This document shows positions 1 to 12,310 of a DNA stretch of 64,000 nucleotides, piece by piece. Made by a program: the position numbers and the translations under genes. The number at the start of each line of letters is the position of its first letter. Position 1 is the stretch's first letter. The notes beneath the pieces were generated by a model. The model was not told where the DNA came from, did not search any database, and was given only the letters and a program-made list of their open reading frames with translations. This DNA is from Eledone cirrhosa. Lineage: Eukaryota. The stretch lies in NCBI GenBank assembly GCA_964016885.1, contig OZ024750.1:49352001-49416000 (forward strand), given 5' to 3'.

Positions 1-1100
1 CCAGGAAGACCATCTTGCTCTTCGATAATTCCACATGGATAAAAAGAGCTCCAGACGCTCTGTTCGACATTAGTATAGGTTCTACTGACTCAGCTGATGC
101 GATGGACCTCATTAGACAATTCACCTCCAAAAACTCACTGAAACGTTGGTGATGTGCTTGCTACCCTCAAAGGGTACAACCATACTAGTACGGACCAGGT
201 CCGTAAACACCTCATTCAATGCCTCCGAGATTTATGTTTCAAATTCACTCTACATAGAGCTCTCATCTATGTCAAAATGTTGTATGTAACACTAAATCTG
301 GAAATCAACTTGTACTACCCACTACAGGAAACCAAACGAGAATTTACAATATATCCACCGCTTTTCCAACCATCCAAGGAACATTACCAATAATTTAGTA
401 TAAATATCTGCCTCCGTATATCACGCTTGTCCGCAAATGAGATCTTGAAAGAACATTCGCTATACGACAACCAGGTCCTCAAAAAAGCGACTTAAAAGGG
501 GACATTGAAGGCCTTGAGGCACAACTCTCGGATCTAGCAGGCGACGCCACCGCTCACGGAACAAAACCTGGTTCAATCCTCCCCACAATACTGAGGTCGT
601 ATCACAAATTAGGAAGATCTTCCTCAGATTTCTTGACAAACACTTCCCAGCCCAACACCGCTACCATAATATCATCAACAGAAATACTGTTAAACTTTCG
701 TATACCAACCTTGCACAAAATATCGCTTCCTCTAACAACGCAAAATTCCTCTCTAAAAGAAATAACAACGATATTAGAGATGAGGAAACTAGGAAGTGTA
801 ACTGCCTCGATAGATCATCGCGCCCCCTCAACAATAAATGCCGAGAACGAAACGTGTCTACCTGTGAAACGTAAGAACAGAACATTCCAGCAATGCCTAC
901 TACATCGGTAGCATATTTGGGACCTCAAAGACAACCATATTACCTATCATATAAAATGTAGCCTAGTTTCCAAGGCAAAATCTTACGAGGGAGGACGCCG
1001 TCTGTGCAATTTGTGCTCGAAGGAAACGATCCACATTCTGTTTGCCAATATCAATTATTTAACAAACAAGATGAACTCGTTACCTTGTGTAAACACATAA
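1..1100 (+). mobile_element. Decayed Penelope-like retroelement (Naiad-like), RT C-terminal half plus GIY-YIG remnants
   Basis: Frame from base 3 reads RKTILLFDNSTWIKRAPDALFDISIGSTDSADAMDL (FDxxMGSxD motif). Later fragments WFNPPHN (~570), RKCNCLDRSSRPLNNKC (~790), LCNLCSKE (~1000), NKQDELVTLCKH (~1060). Many frameshifts; runs off the window start. Confidence 0.8.
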
Positions 1101-1910
1101 TATATAGGACATATCTTACATCCAAATCCGCTCACGACCCAGGTGGGTAGATAAGGATTTTAATATCCTTCCCACTTACACATTAACATAGAGAAAGCCC
1201 TAAGCATCCTTAGCTAGAAACATACTATTTTCATTATTGTAAACAATTAGTCAAAGATCCTTAGGCAAAAATAGAATATTTTCTTTTCATGCATATTGCC
1301 CTATAGGACCAGCCGAATAGATAGCTATGACACATGCACAGCTCTATTACTCACAGCTTAAGCACGGGGCACAAATTTAACCGCAGCCTTTCCTGTACTT
1401 CCGCAATAGCACGCCTCGTATATAGAGTAAATGTGTACTATCATATAAACATATATTAGGCAAGTGCGTACAAACTATAACGTTAGAATTGTTAGAGGAA
1501 GCTATCAGCAAGCATTCAATTCTATTACTTCCTTTGGCTAAGATATTGCGATGGTCTTAATATACCTGTTATAAATACACCTTAAGGCATTTCTCCTATA
1601 AAACAGAAATCCATAATACTATAGACTCTAACCAAACTTACAATAGCACGAGAAACGAAATATCTAGAACCATCTTTAAGATTAATAGTAGATTTATTGG
1701 TGTTTGAACTAAGTAAATTAGTCAAGAGGTGCTCTTCCCAGGCCATTCTGCAATTGATAACTAGATTTCTCTACGAGGAGGGGAAATTGAAATAAATTAT
1801 GAATGCTTAGCTTTTTAGTAAATTGTAAAGAAGAAGCAAATTAAACAACACATACATACAATACGCCATTCTCTTTGACTTAAATACGCTGAAATTGAAA
1901 TATCTCTCAT

Positions 1911-2075
1911 CGGTGGTGCGGCTCGCTGAAAACAAATTCTGACATTACTAACATAATAATCATGACAATCCTCGCTTCCACCCTAAGGCACAAGGCCAGC
2001 AATACTCACAGTACAGAAAATAACTGACCTCAATAGTAGTCAGTTGTACCTGTGGTATTAATACTACAAAAAATG
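1911..2075 (+). repeat. Inverted copy of the 5' region (5085-5372, minus the SINE) of the adjacent minus-strand PLE
   Basis: tcgctgaaaacaaattctgacattactaacataataatcatgacaatcctcgcttcc...cacaaggccagcaata matches the reverse complement of 5330-5372 joined to 5085-5208. Confidence 0.8.
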
Positions 2076-2389
2076 ACTGCCAGACTTTGGAAGTGAGCTG
2101 TGGGAAGCGTAAATAGGGACAGAAAAACATATAAATATAAATTCAGGCACACATATAGAGAACATAAGAACAAACGGAAAAAAAGAATGTACATAAATAT
2201 AACGGTACGTATACATACGGAGACCAGGGAACAAATAATCAAAGGATATAAATCAAGGACCCTCAAACATTCCAGGCGTGCATAAAAGCTATCCAGATTT
2301 CACATGACGCTGGAGTCGTTGTGTGACAACGTCCGACTCTCACGGTCAAGCTTTGCACTGGCCCTCAACTAGTACAACAATGTTGTTAA

Positions 2390-2790
2390 TCAGTACAATC
2401 TGCTGAACAGGTTACTCCTTTTATTCATAACTTGTGTTCCCCTCTCGATTATCTGCATAATCTCGGTGATACATATATTGCAAGCGTCATGTCCACCTCC
2501 TCTGTAGGGTTGAGCTGAGGCAACCTTGGACAACGACGAGGTATATCCCATGTACTCATGTTGGAGACGCCACACCAGTTCGGAGAGGGTGGTGGTGTTT
2601 TTCTTATCGACTCTCCTAAAGGTGAGGCAGTGATAGTACCAGCGATCCTAAAATGTATTAGCCGTGGCTCCGATATAGGTGAAACTTTGGCTATTGGTAC
2701 TCACACTACATTCGTAGACTAAGCTACTGCCAGGGCATTTGCCTTCCGGGGGGGGGGGGGGGTACCGCAGTTTCTACAATTACAGCTCGA
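2390..2790 (-). pseudogene. PLE GIY-YIG endonuclease, disrupted
   Basis: Minus strand reads SSCNCRNC..EGKCPGSSLVYECSVSTNSQSFTYIGATANTF*DRWYYH...LSELVWRL...ACNICITE...MNKRSNLFS. Confidence 0.85.
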
Positions 2791-3333
2791 AGAGGGTTTG
2801 TCTCTCGGATTACCAGATCGCGCTATATGATTCCTTGTTCGTTCACGATTCATAACGTTACCATCGGAGGAAGAGATATTTGTGTTGCTAGCCTAATCCT
2901 GATCACTGCCCACCGGTGTTGCGGACGTTTTTCAATCTACTTCGGTTTATTTTGTGCTAGCTTTCTAGCTGTGGAGTAGGACAGTTTATTTGTGCGCCTC
3001 TTGAAAATGGCGTGGTACCTATGCTATTTATGGAAGTGCTTATACAAGGGCCCGAAGAATGAGGGTGAGAGGTTGCTTTGTAAACTGGCGCAGAAGGGTG
3101 TGTTAAACCATACGACATTGCGGGAATGGATTCGCCTCCTGTTGTGGTTCCCAGCCCCTCCACCCGTTCTCTCCGAGTACGCGCTACGCAGTTGCTGTGG
3201 GCACCTGGAAAAGCCACACACCTCGGTTCGTCGTGCCCGTTGGGTTTGCAATGCCGATGAGAGCACTCCGAGCTGTGTGGTCCCCGTTCGTACTGTCCAC
3301 GCTCACCCTCAGGCCCACACATGCCTCGCGCAG

Positions 3334-4122
3334 CTAAAACACACCGGCCTCCTCGTTTTCCATTGTAGGCAGAGTTCGGTTCCTGCTTAATAAGTTTTGA
3401 TTTACAGTTCCTCTAGAATTAGTTTGCAGTGTGGCTCCAGGGATGAGTATTGCACTCCCAGCCGGATTGGTCCCACCGTTTGTTCCTTGCGATGAGGTAC
3501 TGTCAGCGGTTACGCTATTCTTTCGATTGGGTATATATTTAATTTTCTCCTTGTAACCTGCACTATTTAGGGCATTATTATAATAGCTAACTACGTTGTT
3601 GAAGGTTTCCTGGTTAGCTGACAGAAATGATATCCTAAGGCATACGCTATTAACTATGGCCCCCTTGACTGACCTGGGATGGTTGGAATTAGTATTTACG
3701 TACTTGAGGCACTCATTCGGCTTGTGGTACGGGTAGTAGAGGCCGGATTCTAGATTGAGGGTAACGTCCAGGAAGTTGACACTCTTTCTATTATTTTCTA
3801 TGTCTATGCTGAAAACCAAATTTTTGAAGAATCTAATTAAGCCTTTTATAATCCTATTTACCATGCTGTTGCTGTGGTTCAGTAGCATAAACAGAGCATG
3901 GTCGCGGTATATTCCACCGTCTAACGCTGGGATCTTGATTGTCAAGTTCCTGAGGATGTAGAGGCCCACCAGGTCAGTAACCTGCGCCGAGTCGCTCGAT
4001 CCCATCTTGATGTCAAATTGCCCGACCACTCTCTCCTTGTCCAAACCTATTAGTGTCTTCCTGGCAGTATGAATGATGTTAATTTCATCCCGACTTAAAT
4101 CTATATGGCTGCGTGAAAACAT
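3334..4122 (-). pseudogene. PLE reverse transcriptase core (catalytic YRDD mutated to YRDH)
   Basis: FDIKMGSSDSAQVTDLVGLYIL, GGIYRDHAL, VNFLDVTLNL, YYPYHKPN, YVNTNSNHP, ALNSAGY motifs. Confidence 0.9.
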
Positions 4123-5208
4123 AAGCGCCTTGTTAAGTACTACCGGGGAGATAGACGCATAAGAGTTCCATATATCTAGTTGTATAAACTTAGTCTTACG
4201 TTTGTTCTACAGGCCGTTAAACCATTCGATCACGTCCCCCGTTCTGGACCATTGCTGTAATTTAATCTTTTTAAAAGTGCTGGTATGATTCTGTCCGTAT
4301 TCCTTTGCTTATACACCCGATGCCAGACGTTGGTGGTATTATATGTCTGACTGGGAGTTCCGTTCCGAAGTTCAGTTTGTGATATTTCAGCAGTATACGG
4401 TGTTCTCTGAGTTGCTAGCGCTCGGTCCTATTAGCAATATTGAGTTTATTTACTATGCTATTCTTCTGTCTGTTGATTTCGTTAAGGTTAGCCTGCGAAC
4501 TTTTCCTGTAATTTCTTCGAAGTTCCTTTAGTATTAGTCTTCTATATATTGCTGTGACCATGTTGTAGAGGTTACCCGTTTTATCCGCATAAACGAGTAT
4601 TCCGTCCGAGCGTTTAAGTGTAGAAATTATATTCACTAGTTTCCTGAGGTGAGGCTGCTCCTTAGATGGGATCCTATTGAAGCTAACGCCCGAAATAATA
4701 TTGGCCATCTCTTTCTCAAAACCCTCCATAAGTTTGTTTTGGGGAGAGTTTTTTCAAGATTTAAAACCGAAAGTAGAGTTCGGTTTGCCAGTGTTTACAT
4801 CTTTGGTAGGGGTTTAGCTATCGTAATGGAAGGCCTTCCACCACATTCTGCGTATAAACGAGTCCGTTTTAAGGATCAGCTGTCAAGTGTACACCTTTTT
4901 GCTGGGTAAAGGAATGTCCTTCAGTTACTCGGAGATGTTAAATGATTGCAGCATATTTTCAGCTGCTTAGTCTCAAAGTGCTGGAGCCATATGTGTTCCG
5001 AAGAGATTATTTTGGTAAAAACTGGAGCAAGAAGGAGAAAGCTCTCAACATTCGTAGCTTTTAGTTACGATGGATATTTTTATATTATTGATAGTATTAA
5101 TACCATTGTAGTTACAACTGACTGCTATTGTGGTTAGTTATTTTCAGCACCGTGATTATTGCTGTCCTTGTGTTTTAGAGCGGAAGCGAAGATTGTCATG
5201 ATCATTAT

Positions 5209-5333
5209 GGTCTGAGTTCAAATCCCGCCGAGGTTAACTTTGCTTTTCATCCTTACAGGGTCGATAACATAAAGTACCAGTAATACACTGGTATAATTGC
5301 TGGCCTTGTGCCAAAAGTAGAAACAATTATTAT
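5209..5333 (+). mobile_element. 5'-truncated tRNA-derived SINE (family A) inserted in the PLE 5' region
   Basis: B box gagttcaaatcc, body ...gtcgataacataaagtaccag, tail gctggccttgtgccaaaagtagaaacaattat. Absent from the uninterrupted inverted copy at 1911-2075; attatg on both sides. Same family at 7503, 20356, 52929, 56297. Confidence 0.85.
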
Positions 5334-5989
5334 GTTAGTAATGTCAGAACTTGTTTTCAGCGACCCCAACCACCAAGTCTTTTTGTTGTCGTCGTTTGCC
5401 GTGGTGGGTTCATTGGTGGTGTTGTTATTGTTGCTGGTGTTACCGCTGTCTGGCTCTCTGGTAATGGGTAATCACTGCCATTGACTGGCTACTAATATCA
5501 CTGGTACCACCACTACTGCAACGATCGGGGTGGGTGATGTGTGGTGTTATTGTTGTTGTTGTTGTTTATGTGCTGATGGGGAAAGATGCCATCAAGTCTG
5601 TGTATCGACCTACCTGAGAATTCCTTTTATTGCTGTGGCTGTTGTTATCGTTGTTGTTGTCAGTGCGGGGGGGGGGGGGGGGTGATGTCACTACCACTAC
5701 TACGACAAATTGAGGCGATGTTTGTCCGTGTTTGCTGTTGTTATCGTTGTAGTTGTTGTTGTTGTTGGTGTTGGTGTTGTTTTTGTTGTTGTTGTTGTAG
5801 CTGTTTACTGTAGCTGTTGCTACGGGGTTGTTGTCAGCGGGGTAATATTATCACTACGACTGCTGCAGCTATGGTAGGCGACGTTGCACGTTCTACCTGG
5901 AGTTGCGACCGGTAGATAATATTAGCAATTGGAAAGACCAACGGAAACATTGTTTCTTCGGTCCGATTTAACGAAAGTCAATCGATGCT

Positions 5990-6032
<43 letters not shown>

Positions 6033-6346
6033 ATAGATTCTAAAACAACATCATGTTCTTTTTTTAAACGCTGCCTTCAGTTTACCAAAATAAAACTAAA
6101 ACATGTCAGACAACTAGGTAAGAAATGTTCAGAGTCCAATATCCCTATAGAGAAATGTACATATTTACATCCGTTCTTTTAAAATATCTATATAATAATA
6201 TAATAGAGAAACCAATGCTTTCTCTAAAAATGGAATAGCTATAGATTAGAATCAATTCAGTTCATTGATATCATAATCAGGTCACATTAGAAGCTACAGA
6301 GCGAATTATTGTAATATAATGAGTGTGTAAACAGGTCCCACTGCTA

Positions 6347-6379
<33 letters not shown>

Positions 6380-6381
6380 GT

Positions 6382-7500
6382 ATAAATAAATTAGACACTT
6401 ATCAAAGTTGTGTTCAAATCATTTTAATAGCTGACAATCGTTTCTTTCAAACTCTCGGTTGGACACATCGGAGCAATATCAATGTTTGAACATGTACCTA
6501 ACCTCCTATTCAACTGAACAATAATATAGATACATATAGATTGATGTTGTGAGCAACGGTTTCGTGTTTTCAGGGTGGAATGCATGTTACATATATTTTA
6601 CGAGAATTGTACAAACATTTAAATTCAAATTAAAAGCACAGAGTGGAATACATGCAAGAGAATAGTCTAATAATTAAAGGGGCATTGAGAAAGGAGCTTT
6701 GAGAAAGTGTAGACAGTGTACATGCGTTAGTCATATATATGAGAAGGAAATAAGCAAAGTTATTATGCATATATAGATAAATAAATACTGTATGTTAAGC
6801 AAATATGTTAATGTATTAAAATCTATTGTGAATGTAGTATGTTGATAGTTTTTGAATGTGTGTGTGTTGAGAAAAACAAAGTTATTGCAGTCTCTTCCAT
6901 TACATATGTTGAATTATATTTTAGTTAAAGTTCATATTGAATGTTTAAGTTAGTTAAAGCAATGGATTGTAAATTAGTCTTATTGTATTCTTATGCATGG
7001 ACAATAGTTGTTCAACAGGTAGATTTTCCAACGGTTAATTTCCGGAAGTAAGTAAGGGGAGCTAATGCGTAAGAGGAGGTAACTAGCTAATTAAATTCAG
7101 TTATTTAAATTATTTTCTCTAATACACATTATAATGTGATGCAATTAAATCTCTATTACATAATACTATATATTTATACTTGATTTTAAATACAGTGTAT
7201 CTAACTATAATACATTAAAGGTCCCTTTAGATTGTTATCTCTTCATTACTGGACAAGCTATATGTTATGGAAAATTGCATAGCTGTTTATATATCCAGAT
7301 AGATATATCATTTGTGTAATAATATGCATTATTGTGTTAAAAGTTAATCCCTTATAATCCCTTATAAACAATGCTATTACATTATATATTTAATTATAAA
7401 TGTATATATACTTTACTATTATTATATTGTGTTACTGTTATATAATAATTTAAATATTTAATTATATAATTATAAATGTAAATATATATAGTTTATTATT
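6382..7500 (-). mobile_element. PLE 3' UTR and pseudo-LTR with degenerate CCGA-type hammerhead (6429-6475)
   Basis: Minus strand tgct-CCGATGT-gtccaaccgagagtttgaaa-GAAA-cgatt-GTC-agct. Related copies at 22752-23080 and 52680-52920. Abuts (TA)n. Confidence 0.65.
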
Positions 7501-7502
7501 CA

Positions 7503-7553
7503 GTAATGTACTGGATAATTGCTGGCCTTGTGCCTAAAGTAGAAACAATTATT
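7503..7553 (+). mobile_element. SINE family A 3' tail fragment
   Basis: taattgctggccttgtgcctaaagtagaaacaattatt, same tail as 5209-5333. Confidence 0.75.
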
Positions 7554-7588
7554 ATATATTACATTAAATGTCTCACCATATTAAATAA

Positions 7589-7790
7589 CTTAACGGTTGG
7601 AGCTTCCTGGATAATATCCAGGAAGCTCCAACCGTTAAGGTTGTCTTTTTCCGGGTATGTCAATACTGATTTTAAAAAAAATCTGTATTTTATCTGATGA
7701 AAGCGCACCATAATTTGCCTTGGTTGCCCTTGAAATATATATAATAAAATAAATATGGTTTTATAAATATAGTTTCCATTTATATATATA
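7589..7790 (+). mobile_element. Short non-autonomous PLE pseudo-LTR with a 5' perfect hairpin (7589-7639) and HHR
   Basis: cttaacggttggagcttcctggata-a-tatccaggaagctccaaccgttaag (25 bp arms). The 3' part is homologous to 24762-25068, 43748-44052 and 53273-53345. Confidence 0.75.
7688..7749 (+). ncRNA. Minimal type I hammerhead ribozyme
   Basis: ttttat-CTGATGA-aagcgcacca..tggttgccctt-GAAA-tatat-ATA-ataaaa. Confidence 0.7.
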
Positions 7791-7794
7791 TATA

Positions 7795-8097
7795 TCTTAT
7801 GATAGCGAAGGACAGAACAGAGGAGAGGCACGAAACAAAGAAAATAATCCACAGTCACTGAAAAGGCACATAATATGTGACGAAAGAACTTAGACAATAT
7901 ATGAACAACCGCCCGGTTGTGGAATCAACGAACCAAACGGAAATTTAAAAAACAATTTTTAATTTATAATAAATTGGAGTGAAAGCTACTGGTGCCTGTG
8001 TTCCTTATTGGCAACATGACTCTCCGAAAGTATAATAACATCGGTTTCAACACACGTTTTCAGATAAAGAATCTTGCTAAACAAAGTCAGAAACGAT
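7795..8097 (+). mobile_element. Solo 3' end/pseudo-LTR of the Nematis-like PLE family, including 3' extension
   Basis: Homologous to 43310-43622: cagtcactgaaaaggcacataatatgtgacgaaagaacttagac ... atcggtttcaacacacgttttcagataaagaat. Confidence 0.82.
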
Positions 8098-8115
8098 ATA
8101 TATACACCCCCCCCC

Positions 8116-8167
<52 letters not shown>

Positions 8168-8599
8168 ATATATATGTGTGTGTATATACGTATGTATATT
8201 TATATAATGCAAACGTATTTGGCCTTCTTCAAAAAAATATTGATTACAAGAATCTGCCAATATCTATTTAGCATTGTAAATGTCCATTTTAAAATAGAAC
8301 GTTATTACATTTGACAACGGTAGTGTGAAGCTCTTAAGGTTAATTGTGAGGTATTTACAAAATTAGTAAACTTTTATTTTTAAGTTATTTTGATGCGTGG
8401 TACTAGAAATGTACCGACAAGTTATAACATTTAAACAATGCTCTTGACAGAGAGAACATATGATACAGGCAGAAGCTGGTGTACGCCCACATAAAGGTAT
8501 ACTTGTAAAAAACACACATATACACACTTATACAGTTTCCCACACTCATATCAACAAAGTTCAATAACAGGCTTCAATAACTGGCTTTAATCTGGCTAT

Positions 8600-8855
8600 G
8601 TGTTGTTTTCCTGAGCAAGACACTTTATTTCACATCGCTCCAGTTCACTTAGATGTATTAATGGGCTGCAGCTTCACACGTCTTTCAGCCTTAGCCTATC
8701 CCTTGGGCAACAAGGATGGCATGGAGTGGGGAGATTGGTATCTATGAGTAACTGCTGGTCTTGTACAAACAAACTTGACCGGACTTGTGATTACGAGGGC
8801 AAACTTCTAGCTCCAAATCACATGGACATTCCTGACCGACGGGATCTTTACACAT
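8600..8855 (+). mobile_element. SINE family B body fragment
   Basis: cctgagcaagacactttatttcacatcgctccag, shared with 10442-10565 (minus) and 45525-45575. Confidence 0.6.
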
Positions 8856-8894
8856 TACAAATATATCTATATCTATACTGTCTATATATATTTA

Positions 8895-9220
8895 TTTTGC
8901 AAGGTTTTTTATATGAAATCGTGTGTCGAAACAAATATTGTTATACTTGGGGAGGGTCATATTGTTCTAATAACATTGCCAGAAATAATAACATAACACA
9001 CTCACTGTTTGTTTGGTTTTCGATTCGGCATCTTTTATATCTCCATAGTTAATTTATTTGGCAATCAATGTCTATCATTGTCTCACCATCGGCTAAAAAT
9101 ACAGGTATAAATATAAATATAAATAAATTAAGTATTGAGATATAAAAGATAGAAAAGCGAAAACCAACAAAACAGTGAGTGTGTTCTGTTATTATTTCTG
9201 GCAATATTATTACAATATCT
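8895..9220 (-). mobile_element. Fold-back pseudo-LTR remnant (Nematis-like subfamily)
   Basis: About 8960-9060 is inverted at about 9121-9218 (attgccagaaataataac..cactcactgttt / aaacagtgagtg..gttattatttctggcaat). Left end matches 53468-53690. Confidence 0.7.
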
Positions 9221-9241
9221 TTCTCTCTATAAATATTTGGA

Positions 9242-9301
<60 letters not shown>

Positions 9302-10441
9302 CAATTCAAGAACATTGAAACTGCTACCTTTTCCTTTGGAAAATATATTACTTCACTTATATTGAATAAAGATTCCACTAGTGTCTGACAGTGCTATGTA
9401 CGACTTCATAAAACCCCTATTTTAATGCAAATCTTCATAGGCGTGGGCGACTGTATTGTTACATATAATACAGTAGGTTGTGTGTGTGTTTGTATTTATC
9501 TCTATCTGTGTAAGTATGTCAGTATGTGTGTGTGTGAGTGTGTGTATATGAGTGTGTGTGTGTGTATATTAATTGTTATGCATCTTACTCATTGTATTAT
9601 TTAAATATTTAATTACGGCCTTTATTAAACTAAATTAAATTTATATATTCATGCGGAACGTGACACAAATCATATATTCAAATTCTCATAATGTTGTACA
9701 TATTTGTTTCTTTATATCTTAAAGGAATCGGAAAAAATGAAGCTGGAATGAGAATAGGAAGTGCTATCGCATTTTCAGCAAATATTAATAGCTTATGGGA
9801 AGTAAAATTCAGTGAAACGGAGTATGATATATGAGAAATATGGAATGCATTTGAATGAATTCTCAAATTATTATCAGCGAATAATTTTCTAATATTCATT
9901 ATACATCATTGATTCATTTTACAAATATACTGATGTAGGAAAAACAACCACATTCAGACTCTATTATGTCTCAGATAATGAATTACATAAGTGTATTATA
10001 TTGATACTTTCCATATATGCTTGAATGTTTACCAACATTTATATAAATATTCACAATGAAATGTTCATTATACGGATTAAAGACAAATCAACAATATTAC
10101 AAAACCATTTTCGAAACAATGGAATGTATTTTGTAAAACATTTCCGCATCTTTTCTATAAAACAAACTAATATGTTCTAAAAGAGCAAGCTAGACTGTCT
10201 AGATATGGTTTTCACTTCGCATACACGTGTTTTCTGGTTCTGTCCAAGTGCATGGCGATTACGACAAGTGTCTTCTACTATAGACTCGGGTTGTAAGATT
10301 ACCGTTGTTTATATACCTATACACACACACACACATACACACACATATAGAGCAACGATCGACTTTCGTCAAATCGGACCGAGGGAACAATGTTTCCGTT
10401 GGTCTTTCCAATTGCTAATACTATCTATCGGTCGCAACTCC

Positions 10442-10565
10442 AGGTAGAAGGAGCAACGTGAAATAAAGTGTCTTGCTCAAGGACATAACGCTTCGCTTGG
10501 TCCAGGAATCGAACTCACAACCTTACGATTGCGAATCCAATTCTCTAACCACTCAGCCACACGCC
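10442..10565 (-). mobile_element. tRNA-derived SINE family B, 5' half
   Basis: Minus strand ggcgtgtggctgagtggttag (A box) ... gagttcgattcc (B box) ... gtccttgagcaagacactttatttcacgttgctcc. Confidence 0.85.
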
Positions 10566-10569
10566 TTCA

Positions 10570-10659
<90 letters not shown>

Positions 10660-11211
10660 TATGTATCTGTGTATATGTGTATAATCAGTTGGCTCCTACA
10701 CCAGTGATCCGATCATGATTAAACTTTACACATATGTTAAGCTAATATTCCGAAACAGAACTGGCTAATTGGATTTCAATACAAATCAATAAAGGATCCT
10801 GGGGACAGCTTTACAATGCAGGATGAAAGAGAAGACGTTTTCGTGAGAGAGGGGGAAGAACAGTTACTACTACTCTATGTTAAACCCTCCCTCCCAATTC
10901 TCCATTTCCAATCTCCCACAATTCAGTCCTTCAAAACGAAGCAATAGCTAATTTGTTTATTTTTTCTTCATTCTGTAGAGAAAGAGAGAGAGGCGGGATA
11001 AGAGAGAAAGAGCGGTGATTAGAGAGGAATATATATAGAGAGAGAGTATGAGAGAGAGAACGAGAAAAAGAGCCAAAGAAAGCGAGAGAGAGAGGGGAGG
11101 GGCAGATTATGGAAGAGAGAGAAAGGAAACAGAAAAAGGATAATTAACTTTCATTTATTTATTCGATAAACTCTTCTTAACTCCCACATTTCTTAACGTT
11201 ATTTCTCTTTC

Positions 11212-12142
11212 GATTTTGCTCGCGCAGAGTCTTGTAGGGCAACAAATCAGTTGCTCAGTTGGGTTACAAAGGTTTTGTAAGTCTCAGGATTGGTATTCAG
11301 AACTGCCCAGTTGTAAGGAGTAGCATTTGCAGATTTCTCTTTATCCACTCGGAGACCTAATCGTATCTTAGCCGAGACAATGCGATGATCCGAGTCAACA
11401 CCAACAAATGAGTCATATGCTCTGCAGTTTTTTGCGCTGTTCTTCCATTTTCGATTGATTATGATATAATCCAGTTCTGTCTTGTCGCCATTTGGAGATT
11501 TGTGTGTCCACCGCTGGCCTGGTCTTTTTTGGAATATGGCGTTGAGACATCGTACATTGTTCTCACACAAGTAATCTTTTAGCATACAACTGTTTCTATT
11601 GGTTTGTGAGTGGTATGAGAATTTGAATCCATCAAGCTGTCCAAGACGCGCGTTGAAGTCTCCGCCAATGATGAGAACATTATGTTTCGGGATTTGTCCA
11701 GTGAGTGATGTTAGTTCCATGTAAAACCTCTCTACTTCGGCCATGTCACATACATTTGTGGGACTATAGCAAGAGATTACAGTGGTTTTAGGGTTCCCGT
11801 TAAACGTAGCTATCATTATCCTTGATGTTATCATTTCAACACTCGCAAGTGCATCATAGGCTCGCGGGCTGAAAAGCATTCCAACTCCACCATTTGCTGC
11901 ATTCATGTTGTTTTTCCAAGCTGAGCAGGTTATCAGCCTCCAATTGCCAAATATTTGCTCCTTTGTTACAAGCTCTTCATGTATAAACCGGTGCTCCTGA
12001 AGACGGATAACATCATGGTTGGTCGCCCCTGCTGAAGCAATCAGTTCAGGGATTTTATAGTCTTTCCGGAGTGTTTGAACATTGAGTGTACCAGCTAAGA
12101 TGTCTTTCTTTCCGTGTACAAGTCGGGTTGGTTTCTTTCTCC
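11212..12142 (-). mobile_element. RTE-clade LINE, 5' part (AP endonuclease), inverted relative to its RT half
   Basis: ILAGTLNVQTL, QEHR, GGVGMLFS, SCYSPTN, IIGGDFNA, ELDYIII, DSDHRIV are APE motifs; ORF 11247-11906. Confidence 0.92.
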
Positions 12143-12310
12143 GTTAGATATATGTGTGTATGTAGAAAGTTGTTCAACTTTTTCCTCTCTCTAAAGTTAA
12201 GTACGGTGATAAACACACCCACACACACGCTCACCTGTCTCTAATTTAAGAGTGCTGATACACACGCAGGTGTGCACACACCCTCGCCCACATACACACA
12301 GAGTCTCATT

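Larger units (their letters stand above)
2285..5372 (-). mobile_element. Near full-length decayed Penelope-like retroelement (Naiad-like)
   Basis: Collinear ORF pieces: 4415-4729 (ILVYADKTGNLY), 3334-4122 (RT), 3024-3266 (VVWFNTPF), 2390-2790 (GIY-YIG). Degenerate HHR-like motif aaagc-ttgaccg...GAAA-tctgg-ATA-gcttt at about 2285-2354. Confidence 0.88.

Noticed and set aside
10480-10565. tRNA gene
   Set aside because: A and B boxes are present but run into a SINE body seen in several copies and no proper acceptor stem forms; called as a SINE head.
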